DNA of 64,000 nucleotides from Basidiobolus meristosporus CBS 931.73 (lineage: Eukaryota; Fungi; Basidiobolomycota): contig MCFE01000062.1 of assembly GCA_002104905.1 (NCBI GenBank), positions 62,001-126,000 of the forward strand, in the 5' to 3' direction. Below the pieces are notes generated by a model, which was given only the letters and a program-made list of their open reading frames with translations, was not told the origin of the DNA and did no database searches. Of the stretch, positions 36,526-49,049 are shown in pieces (the first letter of the stretch is position 1; each line of letters starts with the position of its first letter). The position numbers were made by a program, and so were the translations under genes.

Positions 36526-38625
36526 GAACATGTCAAGAAAGTATTGAGAAAACTAGACTCTGCTGGTCTCTATGCCAAGCTAGAGAAGTGTGAATTTGAC
36601 CAGAGAGAAGTGGAATTTCTTGGTTACCTCATCAGCCCTGAGGGAACAAGAATGGACCCAAAGAAAGTTGACTCAGTCCAATCCCGGAATACTCCAAGCT
36701 CAGTCAAGGAAGTACAATCCTTCCTGAGATTTGCCAACTTCTATTGCAGGTTCATAGCCAACTACTCCAAGATACTTACCACTCTGACAAAGCTTACCCA
36801 GACAAGCACACCTTTTGCCTGGAATGAAGAGCAATCCACCTCATTCAACCAACTCAAGAAATCTTTCCTGAAGGCCCCCCCTGCTTGCCCACCCTGACCT
36901 TGAGAGGCAATTCATAGTGGAGACTGATGCTTCTGATTTTGCCCTTGGTGCCATACTCTCCAAGTATGATGAAGACAATGTGTTGCACCCCATTGCATTA
37001 TATTCTTGGAAGTTTTCCCCTGCAGAGATCAGCTATGATATTTATGATAAGGAGTTGCTTGCCATCATTGTAGCATTTGAGCAATGGAGATGGTGCAAAA
37101 CACAAAATCAAAGTCTTCTGTGACCATAAGAACCTTGAGTACTTTGCAACTTCCAAAGTGCCAAACCAAGACAAGCCAGATGGTCACTCTTCCTGTCCAT
37201 CTTTGACTTGACTATCACCTATAGACCTGGTGCAAAGCAAGGAAAGCCTGATGCCCTGTCCAGAAAAAAGTAATATGCCCTGGAAGAGGGAGATGATGCC
37301 TGTTGGCAAATGGAACACCCATTGCTGAGCTAGAAACATTTTGAGATTCTTGCCACCTAGTCCTCAAGTCTTGTCATCCCTTCATTCCTAGTAAGGATAT
37401 TAGAATCCCAAGCCTCTGATATGACTTCCAGCACCATCAAGATATATCTGGAATCCCCAGTTGGGCCCCTTCCCAGGTTCCCAAACATCCAGAACCTGCA
37501 TTTGGTAAACAACCTCATCTACCACAAGCAGCAGCTTTATGTCTCAGACCTTGCCACCCAGCTAGATATCATTAAGTCTCAGCATGATTCAATGGCTGCA
37601 AGCCACTTTGGTACTGCCAAAACCTTGAATGCTATCAAAAGAGATTTCTGGTGGCCTAGAATGATAGCTCTTGTCAAAGAGTACATTCTGACTTGTGATA
37701 TTTGCAACCGTGCAAAACCAGCCAGACACCAGCCCTATGGACTTCTTCAGCACTTGCCTATGCCAGAACATCAATGGAGATCTATATCTATGGACTTCAT
37801 TACTGACCTCCCTGAGTCCTATGGCTTCAATGCTATACTTGTAGTGGCTAACCAGCTGACCAAGATGGCTCACTTTATCCCTTGCAGTAAGAACATTGAT
37901 GCAAAAGAAACAGCTGCATTAGTCCTGAAGAATATTTTCTGCCTTCATGGTATCTTCAGTGATATTGCATCAGATAGAGGCCCACAGTTTGTGTCCAAGT
38001 TTTGGAAACACTTCATGCAATACCTTAGTGTTCAAGTCAAACTCTCCACTGCCTTCCATCCTCAATCTGATGGCCAGACTGAGAGAATCAACCAGATTCT
38101 AGAGCAATACCTCCAGTGCTATATCAATTATCAGCAAGACAATTGGGTTGATCTACTCCCTGTTGCTGAGTTTGCCTACAACAACTCAAGCCATAGTGCA
38201 ACCGGTTTTACACCATTCTATGCAAACTATGCATTCCACCCTCAGTTTGATATCCAGATTCCAACAAACCCAATGAGCCCACATGCGGCTGAACATGCCC
38301 AAGCAATCCAGGACATCCAGAACACCCTCAAGGAAGAGCTATCCTTAACTCAGGAAAGCTACAAGAAATTTGCCAATCTAAAATGGCATCCCAATCCTGA
38401 TCTTAATGAAGGAGATTCTGTAAGGTTGCTCAGAAGAAACATCAGCACCAACCACCCTTGTTACAAATTGGATTTCAAGAAACTTGGTCCCTTCAAGATC
38501 AAGAAGAAGCTTAGCCCTATAGTATATCAGCTACAGTTACCAGCAAGTATGAAAATCCATGATACTTTCCATGTGTCCCTCCTGGAGCTGTATTGTAGGA
38601 GCACCTTGCCAAACCGGCAAGAAGC

Positions 38626-41600
38626 TGTTATGATCTGCTGCTTGAATGTTTAAGTTAGATCAGTTTTTAGTCAAATCAATTAGTATATGTTTATGTTATC
38701 AGTATATCAGTATTATCTATGAAATCAGTAGCATTAGTCAGCAAATGAATCAGCAGATCCTTATCAGACAGAAATAGATATATTAAGTAGGATCTTATTG
38801 GGTGATGATGATGCAATCAAATGAGTCATTGGCCACAACCTACATTAGGAAATACAATTAGTCAGCAATTGATCTGGCAAAATGTATATAAGGAGCTGCT
38901 GGAACCTCAATAAAAATCAGTTCAAGTTTTAGTGAATACAATATTAGCTAAACTCCCTATCCCTCTACAACTCTTATACCAAGACTTGTAACATTGGTAG
39001 CAGCAATAACCAGAAACCTCCCTCCCAAAGAAAGAAGAAACCACCCTCAAGATGTTGGACAATCAACAATGGAAGAATGCCATGCAGCAACTAAATCTAA
39101 AAAATAATAGTTTTTCAAGATCAGGTCAGCCACTATGATGGGATGCTCTACAACCTCTACCTGGGATGAGTTTGTGTAGGAAATTCAGGATGCTTTTGAA
39201 CCTCCACACCAGCAGACACTACTAAGAAGGAAGTTAAAGACACTCAGACAGAAAGGAATGGTGCAAGAATACATCTATGAGTACAGATGACTACTTGGAC
39301 AAATTGAAAGAATGGACCCCTTGGATCAAGTTGAATACTTTAATGATGGGTCGAAAGAAAGAACTTGCAAGGAAGTGAATTACCAAAGACCTCAGACTAT
39401 TGAAGAAGCCATCAAGATTGCCATTGACTATGATTCAGCTATGTTTGGAGCTGGGAAGCCTACAGTGACTAACCAGAAAGGCTGCAATCATTATGAAAGA
39501 AGACAATCAGAAGCAGTACCAATGGAAATAGACGCTATGCAGAAGAATCCTACCTCAGAAGAATTTAAGAAGAAAGGACTTTGCTTCAATTGCCACCAGC
39601 AAGGACATATTGCAAAGTACCGCCCTCAGAGAAGAAATGGACACCAGCCAACAAGAACCTTCAACCATATTGAGTCCCATGAACACAGTAATGTGGAAGA
39701 CAAGCTTGAAGAAGACTTGGAACTCACCTTCCATATGACAGAAGAATACTTGTTCCAAATGACCTCAAACTCAGGGAAGTTATTGTACTTGAATGGAGTA
39801 ATCAATGGAGTACCTGCCAAGATCATGATAGACTCAGGAGCATTGCATGAATACATGTCAGAGCAATTTGCTCTGAAAGCTGGGATCAACTCAGAACCTA
39901 CCAAATCAACTTCAGTCTCAACAGCTGATGGGAACTCTCACATAGTCAACCGTATTACTCAGCCAGTAAGAATGAAGATCAATGACTATGAAGAAGACCT
40001 ACAGGCTTATATATTTGGGAACTGCAAGTTTGACCTTGTACATGGAAAAACCTGGCTATTTTGTTGTAATCCATCAATCAACTGGAGAACCCATGCTACT
40101 CAGATCCAAAAAGACAACAAGACCTATGAGCTATTACCTGCCAGGCGGGATTTCAACTTGGTCAATTCCAGTATGTGTGAGACAAGTGAACTTAGCAAGA
40201 CCCAGTTTTGTAGAGCACTTAGAAAAGGTACCCAGATGTTCCTCATGGCTGTATTACAGGAGGATTCTGCTACCCCAGCACCCCAGCAGGTCCAGACTCT
40301 CCTGAAGAAATATTTGGACGTGTTTCCAGATGAGCTTGTAAGCCTACCACCAGTCAGAGATGTGGATCATGCCATTGACACAGGAGATGGCCCTTCAGTG
40401 AGCAAGACACCTTACAGAATGAGTCCATTGGAATTGGAGGAAATGAAGAGACAAATTGATCAGCTATTAGAGCAAGGATATATCAGGCCCAGCAAGTCAC
40501 CCTGGGGAGCACCAGTGCTTTTTGTGAAAAAGAAGGATGGAACACTTAGGATGTGCATTGACTACAGAGCCCTGAACTCAGTTACCGTCAAGAATAAGTA
40601 CCCCATACCTTGGATTGATGAGCTTTTGGACCAACTTAATGGAGTTACTATTTTCAGCAAGATTGACCTCATGTCAGGATACAACCAGATTAGGGTGAAG
40701 CCAGAAGACATCCCTAAGACAGCATTCAGGACCAGATATGGACATTACAAGTACTTAGTCATGAGTTTTGGCCTTACCAATGCCCATGCAACTTTCATGA
40801 CCCTGATGCAGACTGTCCTCCAGGAGTACTTAGACAAGTTTGTCATAATCTACCTAGATGATATACTGATATACAGCAAGACAGAAGAGGATCACTTGGT
40901 GCACATTGAAAAGGTCTTGCAGAAGCTAAGAGAGAACAAGCTTTATGGCAAGCTACCCAAGTGTGAATTCTTCAAGGAACATGTAGAATATCTGGGACAC
41001 ATAGTGACTAGCACAGGAGTAACCGTAGATCCCAAGAAGGTGGAAGTAGTAAAGAATTTGAAGCAGCCCCATAGCATATCAGAACTCAGATCATTCCTTG
41101 GAATGGTTTCCTATTATTGGAGATTTGTCAAGTCTATTGCAAGTATTGCAGCCCCTTTAACTGATATTGTCAAGAAAGACAATACCTACAAGTGGGACAT
41201 AGCATGTGAGACTGCCTTCCAGATGCTCAAGAATGAACTTGCTCAGCTGCCAAGCTTAAGAATACCAGATTTCAGAAAAGAGTTCACTCTGTGCACAGAT
41301 GCTTCAGATTATGCAATTGGTGGAGTGCTGAGCCAAGAACACAAGGGAAAGGACTACGCTGTTGCCTTTGAATCCAAGAAACTGAACTCAGCAGAACAAA
41401 ACTATTCAGTGCATGAGAAGGAGATGCTTGCTATAATACACTGTTTGAAGACATGGAGATGCTATATTGAAGGAGTCAAATGCACTGTGAAGTCTGATCA
41501 TGCCTCCCTCAAGTATATATTTACTCAGAAGGTACTCTCTAGAAGAATGACAAGATGGAGTAAATACATTCAGCAATTTGACCTGGAGATTGTCTACTGC

Positions 41601-43324
41601 CCTGGAAAAAACAACATGGTTGCTGACACCTTATCAAGATTAGATCAAGTTGCACAACTCAACTTGGTGCATGAATCAGATTGGCCTAGCCTATTATCAA
41701 AGTACTTGGAGGACCAAGCCATTCCTAATGAGGTGGATGAAGATATCAAGAAGATAATCCATGATGAAGCCAGCAAATTTGTAGTACAGGATCAAACACT
41801 CTACCAAATTGTTGATGGAAGCCCTATTGCCTATTGCCCTTATGTTTCTTGCCTGGATTTAATACATAAGCTACACAATGGATATGGACATCTTGGGATT
41901 GAAGGAACCTATAGCCTTGTGACAGCCAGAGCATGGTGGCCCAGAATGAAACAAGATATTGAGAAGCTAGTGAAATATGCCCAAACTGCCAAATCTATCA
42001 AGGCCAGCCACAAAGAATTGCCAAACTCTTCCCTTTGGAGCCTGTAAGACCCTTTGAGAGATGGGGAATTGACTTTATTGGAAGACTGCCAACTACCAGG
42101 AAATGCAACCGTTGGATCCTAGCAGCAATTGACCATGCCACTAAATGGCCAGTTGCTAAAGCTGTACCAATAGCCAGTGAACAAGAAGTTGCAAGTTTCA
42201 TTTACCATGAGATCCTGTTGAAGTTTGGATGCCCTGTGGAGATCTTATCTGATAGAGGAGCAAACTTTATGGCAAAGACATTAGAGGCTTACCTGGAAAT
42301 GCAGCAGATCAGACACTTGAAAACCTCAGCATATCACCCCAGAACTAATGGAGTCACTGAGCGGTTTAATGGATTATTTGAAAAAATGCTCGCCAAGTAT
42401 GCAAATGGAGTTGTCAGTAGATGGGATGAGTATATAGACCAAGCACTCTTTGCATGCAGAGTCAGAGTACACAACACCACTCAGCAATCACCATTTTACT
42501 TAGTGTATGGATGTGAACCAAGGATTCCAGGAGATCTCACACAACCAAAGCTTACAGATACCTTAGAAGATGAACTCAGTCAGACAAGTAGACACCAGCA
42601 ACTGGAACATAGACGTCAAGAGGCCCAGACCAAAGTATCTCAAAGTGCAGAAAAGATGAAGCAGAGATTTGATAAGACTATAGCACCAGAAGCATTGACA
42701 GTTGGGAACTTTGTATTGCTAAGAAACAACACTTGGAAGAAGTTTGAGCCACAATGGACAGGACCATTCAAGATCATCAGAGAATGTCCATATGCAACTT
42801 ACCAACTGGTGGACAAACAAGGCAATATCCGGGAAGACTTAGTGCATAGGGACAGACTCAAGCTTGCAAGACTTGCTGATAATACTGAACCATCAAGATA
42901 TTGGTATCACAAGAAAAGAGATTCAGGAGAACCCTTTCTACTTTAGTAGGGGAGAATGTTATGATCTGCCGCTTGAATGTTTAAGTTAGATCAGTTTTTA
43001 GTCAAATCAATTAGTATATGTTTATGTTATCAGTATATCAGTATTATCTATGAAATCAGTAGCATTAGTCAGCAAATGAATCAGCAGATCCTTATCAGAC
43101 AGAAATAGATATATTAAGTAGGATCTTATTGGGTGATGATGATGCAATCAAATGAGTCATTGGCCACAACCTACATTAGGAAATACAATTAGTCAGCAAT
43201 TGATCTGGCAAAATGTATATAAGGAGCTGCTGGAACCTCAATAAAAATCAGTTCAAGTTTTAGTGAATACAATACTAGCTAAACTCCCTATCCCTCTACA
43301 ACTCTTATACCAAGACTTGTAACA
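38626..43324 (+). mobile_element. Young full-length Ty3/gypsy element (family E), 4.7 kb
   Basis: 368-bp LTRs (38626-38993 and 42957-43324) with 2 C/T differences seen; 4-bp TSD AAGC; PBS TGGTAGCAGC (tRNA-iMet 3'-end type); PPT AGTAGGGGAGAA. Confidence 0.95.
39312..42946 (+). pseudogene. Family-E gag-pol (CCHC knuckle, protease, RT, RNase H, integrase) broken by a frameshift near 41972
   Basis: [63 protein letters not shown]. Adding one base at gtgaaatatgc restores ICPNCQIYQ of the integrase HHCC motif. The 5' gag (39050-39311) has stops. Confidence 0.9.
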
Positions 43325-44103
43325 AAGCAAAGCCCCAAGCCATCCAGGTTGACCAACATCAAGAATTTGAAGTTAAACAGATTGTAGACTCCAAGTATAT
43401 CCAGTTAAAGCTGTATTACTTAGTAGACTAGATTGGTTATGGTCCAAGTGACCAAACATGGGAACCAGCTACCCATCTCACTAATTGTCAAGAACTAGTT
43501 ACCCAGTTCCACCAGCAATATCCAGCAAAACCTGCCCCAAAGAGAAACAAAGCTTCCCCTTGAAGAGGAGAATAGTGTCATGATCACATGACAACCATGA
43601 ACACCCATGCCGAGTTTCAGCTTCCTAGCTCAATTTCCATGAGATTTCTTCTGGAACCTTCTACCACCTTCCAGAAAGGTCCTGTCCATTCCAAACCATT
43701 GTTACACAATGGAACAATCCATGAAAGCCTCCCATTGTATTTTTCCTAGTTCAGTACCATATATGGAAATACCAGGTCATATGACTTAGTCATATGATCA
43801 GGTGACCCAACGCATTTCCCCATCTAGTTTCAGTACCATGTCATCTATGTCATTATCCCCAGCACCATGCTTTGTCTCACTCCACAAGCCCATTAGTATT
43901 AACCAATATCTCTTGGCATCAGTATAGCCAAAAAATATATATAGTCCTATCCCCCCTTAAGTATTCCTCAGTCTGATAAATACAGGTCTTGAATAAACAG
44001 CCTTGCCTTGGAAATCTGCCTTGCCTTGTTGATCCACACCTAAGTCCTTTCTTGGTCCTGCCTTGCCTAGCTCTACTCTCCTGCCTTGTGTTTATTCTTA
44101 ACA

Positions 44104-47100
44104 ACCACTAGCTTTTAGCCATGGTACCCTTGTTCTTCTGCCTTTAATAGTTTCTGCTATTCTTAAGATACTTTCTTAGCATACCAATGCTGGCCCAAAA
44201 TCTGTTTGCTTGTTTGAATCCAGGATAATGCTCATGGAACAAGTCAAGTACATTCTGCTTGGCCTTGATTTCCCAATGGTCCCATGGTATGCCGGCCTTG
44301 AGGTGATGGTGTGCTAGACTTCTGACAGCCTCTTGAATATTAGCCCACTATTCATTATTGCACTCAATGGCTTCACAGATCTTCAAGGTCTTTTGAATTT
44401 TAGGCTCTGGTATAAACACCACATTGCTTCCCTCCTATGCTATGATATGTTTTTCTGTGGGATTTATCTTTGGGCACTGTTGTTGAGCTTCAAAGACTGT
44501 GCAGTGTTCATCTGCTGTTACATTGTGAAATGACTCAATTTGTGACTTTGATATTGAGCTACTTGAGTTCCTTCTTTGCAGCAAAGATACTGCTTTCTCT
44601 ACCTGGGATATTGATTGCCCTGCATGTATTATCTGCTCATCTTGTTCCTGGACTATTTCCTCATTTCTCTGGGCCATTGCATCTATCCTATCAGCCACTG
44701 CATCCAATTGCTTCATTAATGCTTTGGTATGAGCTGAAAACATACTTGCTAATATGGATGGTGGTGATATTATGACAGCCACTTGCTAGTCTTCAACCGA
44801 GGGTACTGCATTTGCTGCATTCTCATCTGCCCAAGCATAATGGTCAGCTTGTAGCTCTGCAGAGGTTCTTAATTGCCTTCATCACTGAGAGCCTGAGGAG
44901 TTTGCATTATTACCTTCAATGGGCACACTTTCCACTAGGCCTTTTTTGGATGTAGCCCCACTGGTTACACTGAATGTCAAAGCAAACTGTTGTGCAACCG
45001 TACTTCTGTTGCAATCAGCAGTGGGGTTTAGTTGGGAACCTGACAGTTATACTTTTTTTTTTGGCAGCATACATATGGAAGTAAGTCAAACCAAAGGGGA
45101 AATAGTGTTTTGTATACATGTGTATGTAGTGCCACAACTTTATTTACAGTGCTTACTATGGCAGGCCATCATCAAATCTTACATTCATGTACGTGCAATG
45201 TCTCAAATACAAGACCATCTTAAGCTCACATGAGTATTGACCAAAAAGTGATATGAAAGTGTTACATTGTTGAAGGTCAAGCTATTTCTCTATGGACAAG
45301 ACTACTTTGACTCAACACCATAAGAGAAGCAAAAAAGACCATGTGGCTATTGTGGCAAGCCTCTCAGCCATGAAGCATGTAGACAGCATAGGAAGTATCA
45401 CAAGGATCATGGCCAGTGTTTGCCATACAAGTTATATTTGACCAATCATTGGTCACTACTGTACCAACATTTTCTTGCCAGCCAGTTGATGCTTCTATAT
45501 TGGCACCTGGTCATCTTTATCACCTGGCACAATATGAGTCAGGTGAGTATTTGATGCCTTTAGGCTCACCTCAGCCATGTGAATATGGCATGCAGAATGA
45601 TAGCTCTGACAAAGAAGGTTCACTGATGGATTGTGTACCTATCTCCCCTAACAACAGTACCATGTATGAGCCCAGTCAAATCCCTATATGCAATAAGACA
45701 GCTCCCATTGAAACAAATGACAAGGATACTTTATGGAGCCAAGTGAGCCCAGTAAGCCATCTACTGGTGAATAATGTAATGTTGTGGCTAGAGAAGTGGC
45801 TCATTTCTGCTATTATCAGTAATTGGGGCTTTGAGGACTTATTACTATTTCTTGCCAAAATCATACCACAATGCAACTGACCATGTACATGGTACAAGTG
45901 GACAACCATGATGTGGCTGGCAGCATATGATCCAGAGACTATCCTGATTCCAGCATGTGTTAATAGTTGCATGGCATCCACATCCAAGAATGCTACTGTT
46001 GCAACATGTCCAAATTGTCAGGAGTCCACCACCATTGAGGGAAAACATTGTTCACACTCTGGATATATAAATGTCATACCCTGTCTGAGGAAACTGATGC
46101 AGTCCAACGCATATTGCAAAGCTATACAGTACTGCATTTAGTATTAATCAAGCACAAGTATATTCAATATAATTGAAGGGAAAGATTACCTACAACTAAG
46201 AAGCAAGGCTACCTTGAAGGTATGCATGACCATGCCTTTGCCTTAGCACTTGATGGATTCTGAATAAACAAGTACTCTACCAGCAAATCCTGCTGGCCAC
46301 TGATTCTCATCAATCTGAATCTGCCGCCCATCTTATGGTATCAGTGCAGTAATCTGCTGATAGTCTCACTGGTATCTAGGCCTAAATCACCGTCCAACCT
46401 GGATAGCTACCTGTATTCACTGCTGGATGAGTTTTGTATGCTTTCCAGCAGGATAATAGTAAATGGCCATCATGTGATGGTGCATATTATTATCTGCATT
46501 GAAGAAACCCCAGCCATCAGCAAGATAGCAGATTTTTCTGGGCACAATGAATGGTATTGCTGTTGAATATGTGAGAACCAGGGGATTTACTCCACAACTT
46601 GAACACATGATAATTACCTCAACACCAGCACTATGAACATCATCTTTTCACAGAGAGAGCATACAGAAGTCAGCATGCAATTGCGGAAAATTGGCAAGTT
46701 GTAAGCCATTGGCTAGAATACAAAATCAGTCAGAACTAGAGATATTTAAGATAGAGGGTATCTGTTGGAGCAAAAGCTTTCTACTGGGAGCTGTGCATTG
46801 GCTTTGCAGAAATATCCCTATACTGATGACCAAGTTGTACATGGGGCATTTCAAGCTAAATGAGCCCTTTGAGATACTGGAGAAACTTGAAAGATTTGGC
46901 AAGATAATACAGAGTATCTGCTACCCTAGGTACTTCTCATGGGCTCCAATTAATATTTATATGTATATGCAACAATGCAAATGCAAAGACCGGATGAAAC
47001 GGATATGTATTTATCCAAGTGGTGTTATGAAGCATTCCTATCAAGAGTACAATGGAAGCATTGGGAGTCATATGCTGACATTGTAAGGATGTTAATCTAG

Positions 47101-48600
47101 AAGTGGATCACTAATGCCAATTTGATGCATCTACAGCTGTTGTGCAACGAGTTTGTAACAGGATATGAGTAGCTCTACTATAAACATAAAGCTCAATGAG
47201 TAGATCTCTGCCACTACTGTATCCATTCTCTACTCCTTCTGCCATGGTGTGTGGAGAATATTGGGAGTTTCCTATGGAGTGAATGTGTGGGGAGATAGGA
47301 AGACAAGTTGGGTTGCAGGTTCCACCATATCAAAAGCTTATCAAGAATATCACCTTCAAGTCTGTCATGGATGTGATGAGTTGGAAAATACTGAGGACAA
47401 ATGTGCACATGGAGACACCTATGCTTATGGCATTAACAAGCTAAGCAGCCCCAATGTGTGGGTAATCAGTTAAGTAATGGAAAGTTGGGTTAGGTGCAAC
47501 AAGCAACTAATTTTTGTTTGGAAAACTCTACTAAGGTATGCCAGATTTCTCTTGGTCACAAGCCAACTTCTACACCATCCAATATGGAATTCACACAAAC
47601 AAAAGCCATAGCTCATCTATTAGTGGGACTTGAATCCAGCAGGGTGAAAAATATATTGGCTAAATACTGAGAAGTTCTTTGTGGATATTCAGGAGGTATT
47701 CATAGCAGAAGAGGCAACGACCAAGCATATGTTTGCAAGACTCCTATGTTACCAAGAGTACAAGGTAAATGGCAACTTTGCAAGTATCACACTAAAAAGC
47801 AGTAGAGTTGAGGTGATAGAAGTATGTCAATTGTGGCAGGTATGCGTGTTTGTAGAGGTTATTAAGCAGTAGGCCATAGTTTTTTTTGATCTGAACTATA
47901 TGTAGAATACCCAAGGTAGTAGTGGGCAAGCAAATAAAGAGGGGTGATTATATAGTGGAATATGTGAATTGCCCAAGGGGAGGTAGAAAAAAGAAATGCC
48001 ATTTGGTAAATTGGTATGGTAGCATTATACAGAACTAGCTGTAGGCTGTCCTACTGCCAATGTAATGCCATCAGAGTCTTGCTGTGAGGCTGTCAAAATA
48101 CAATCAAGTTTCTTGCCATATAAGGCAACTCAATGTCCTGGCCAGTTGGATCCACCTCAAATAGTTGTAGAGCGTAAAAGACCACAACAATACCTTGCAA
48201 TTATTGTCATAGCACCAATTAAATCTTGTCAAGTTTTATCACTTTGTTTGAATGTAAGATTAGTAAAATACTCTTGTGATCCTGTCATAAGATTGTTAAG
48301 AGGTTACTAATTCCAAGATGTTGTTATTATGACAGTCTCCAAATGGGATCCTGCTGGCAGATCCAGATTGCATCCACCCACAGGACCAAATTTGTTTTCA
48401 TAGGGAACAGTTGAATCAGGAAGTAAGGAGTATGAAAAAGAGGCAATAGCCAATCAATGCACACAAATGTAGGAGGTGATAGAGTGTCCAGGATTGAAAA
48501 GTGAGCAAATTGGCAGAAAACTAATCAGAAGCCACTTATACATTGTTGTGATGAAAATTTTGACTATGTTTTTTGTGAAATCTGGAGTGCAATTAATTCT
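44104..48600. mobile_element. En-Spm/CACTA-type element copy 2, inverted relative to copy 1: ORF2 (-, ~45080 to 44104), transposase (+, ~45290-48150)
   Basis: Reverse-complement homology to 20111-23987; peptides YDPETILIPACVNSCMA.., EGICWSKSFLLGAVH.., with many stops and frameshifts. Confidence 0.82.
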
Positions 48601-48629
48601 CTATGGTCTCTCAGAATACAGGGCAAAGA

Positions 48630-48800
48630 ATGGATTTTCTCCAGCACAGTGGGTGAAACAAAGGGGCTGCTTTGCATGAAGATGCAGATCTCTGCTTCAT
48701 ACTCTGTGGCCAAGTATAAGTCTACTTGGCCTCCCTGGCCCACTATAGCAGCATTTGGCACTCATAGCTCAATGTGGAGCTATCCAACACAACATATCTA
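48630..48800 (+). mobile_element. Single-arm fragment of the fold-back MITE family
   Basis: Aligns to ~30123-30293 (tggattttctcc..ggggctgctttgcatgaaga..gctcaatgtgg) with an eroded terminus. Confidence 0.75.
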
Positions 48801-48883
48801 TCTGCTCAGCCATTAACAAGACAGAAATTGAAATATCTTCAGTCAAAGTTGGGACTAGTCAGCATGAACACTTGGTAAGCAGG

Positions 48884-49048
48884 AGTGTTGAAAAAATCTG
48901 TAATTCCACCTAAATAATCATTAGACTTTGTTACTTTGATCAATGCTTACAAATCTTAGCAAATACTGACCAAATTGTTTGTTGTTATTTACTTGGATTA
49001 TTTTCACCATCACATCAGGTAACCAGAACAAGAAAGTTCTCAAGGCTG
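48884..49048 (+). mobile_element. Degenerate 5' fragment of a family-A copia LTR
   Basis: TGTTGAAAAAATCTGTAATTCCACCTAAAT.. matches the LTR-A start. Confidence 0.65.
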
Positions 49049-49049
49049 T

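Larger units (their letters stand above)
34023..44103 (+). pseudogene. 5'-truncated Ty3/gypsy chromovirus (family D), interrupted by two insertions
   Basis: Gag knuckle CLYCGQPGHFAKSC; protease LIDSGAS; RT ([18 protein letters not shown]); RNase H (ETDASDFALGA); integrase (37421-38625); chromodomain at ~43365-43530 (FEVKQIVDS..WEPATHL); PPT GAAGAGGAGAATAG; 3' LTR 43576-44103. Confidence 0.9.
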
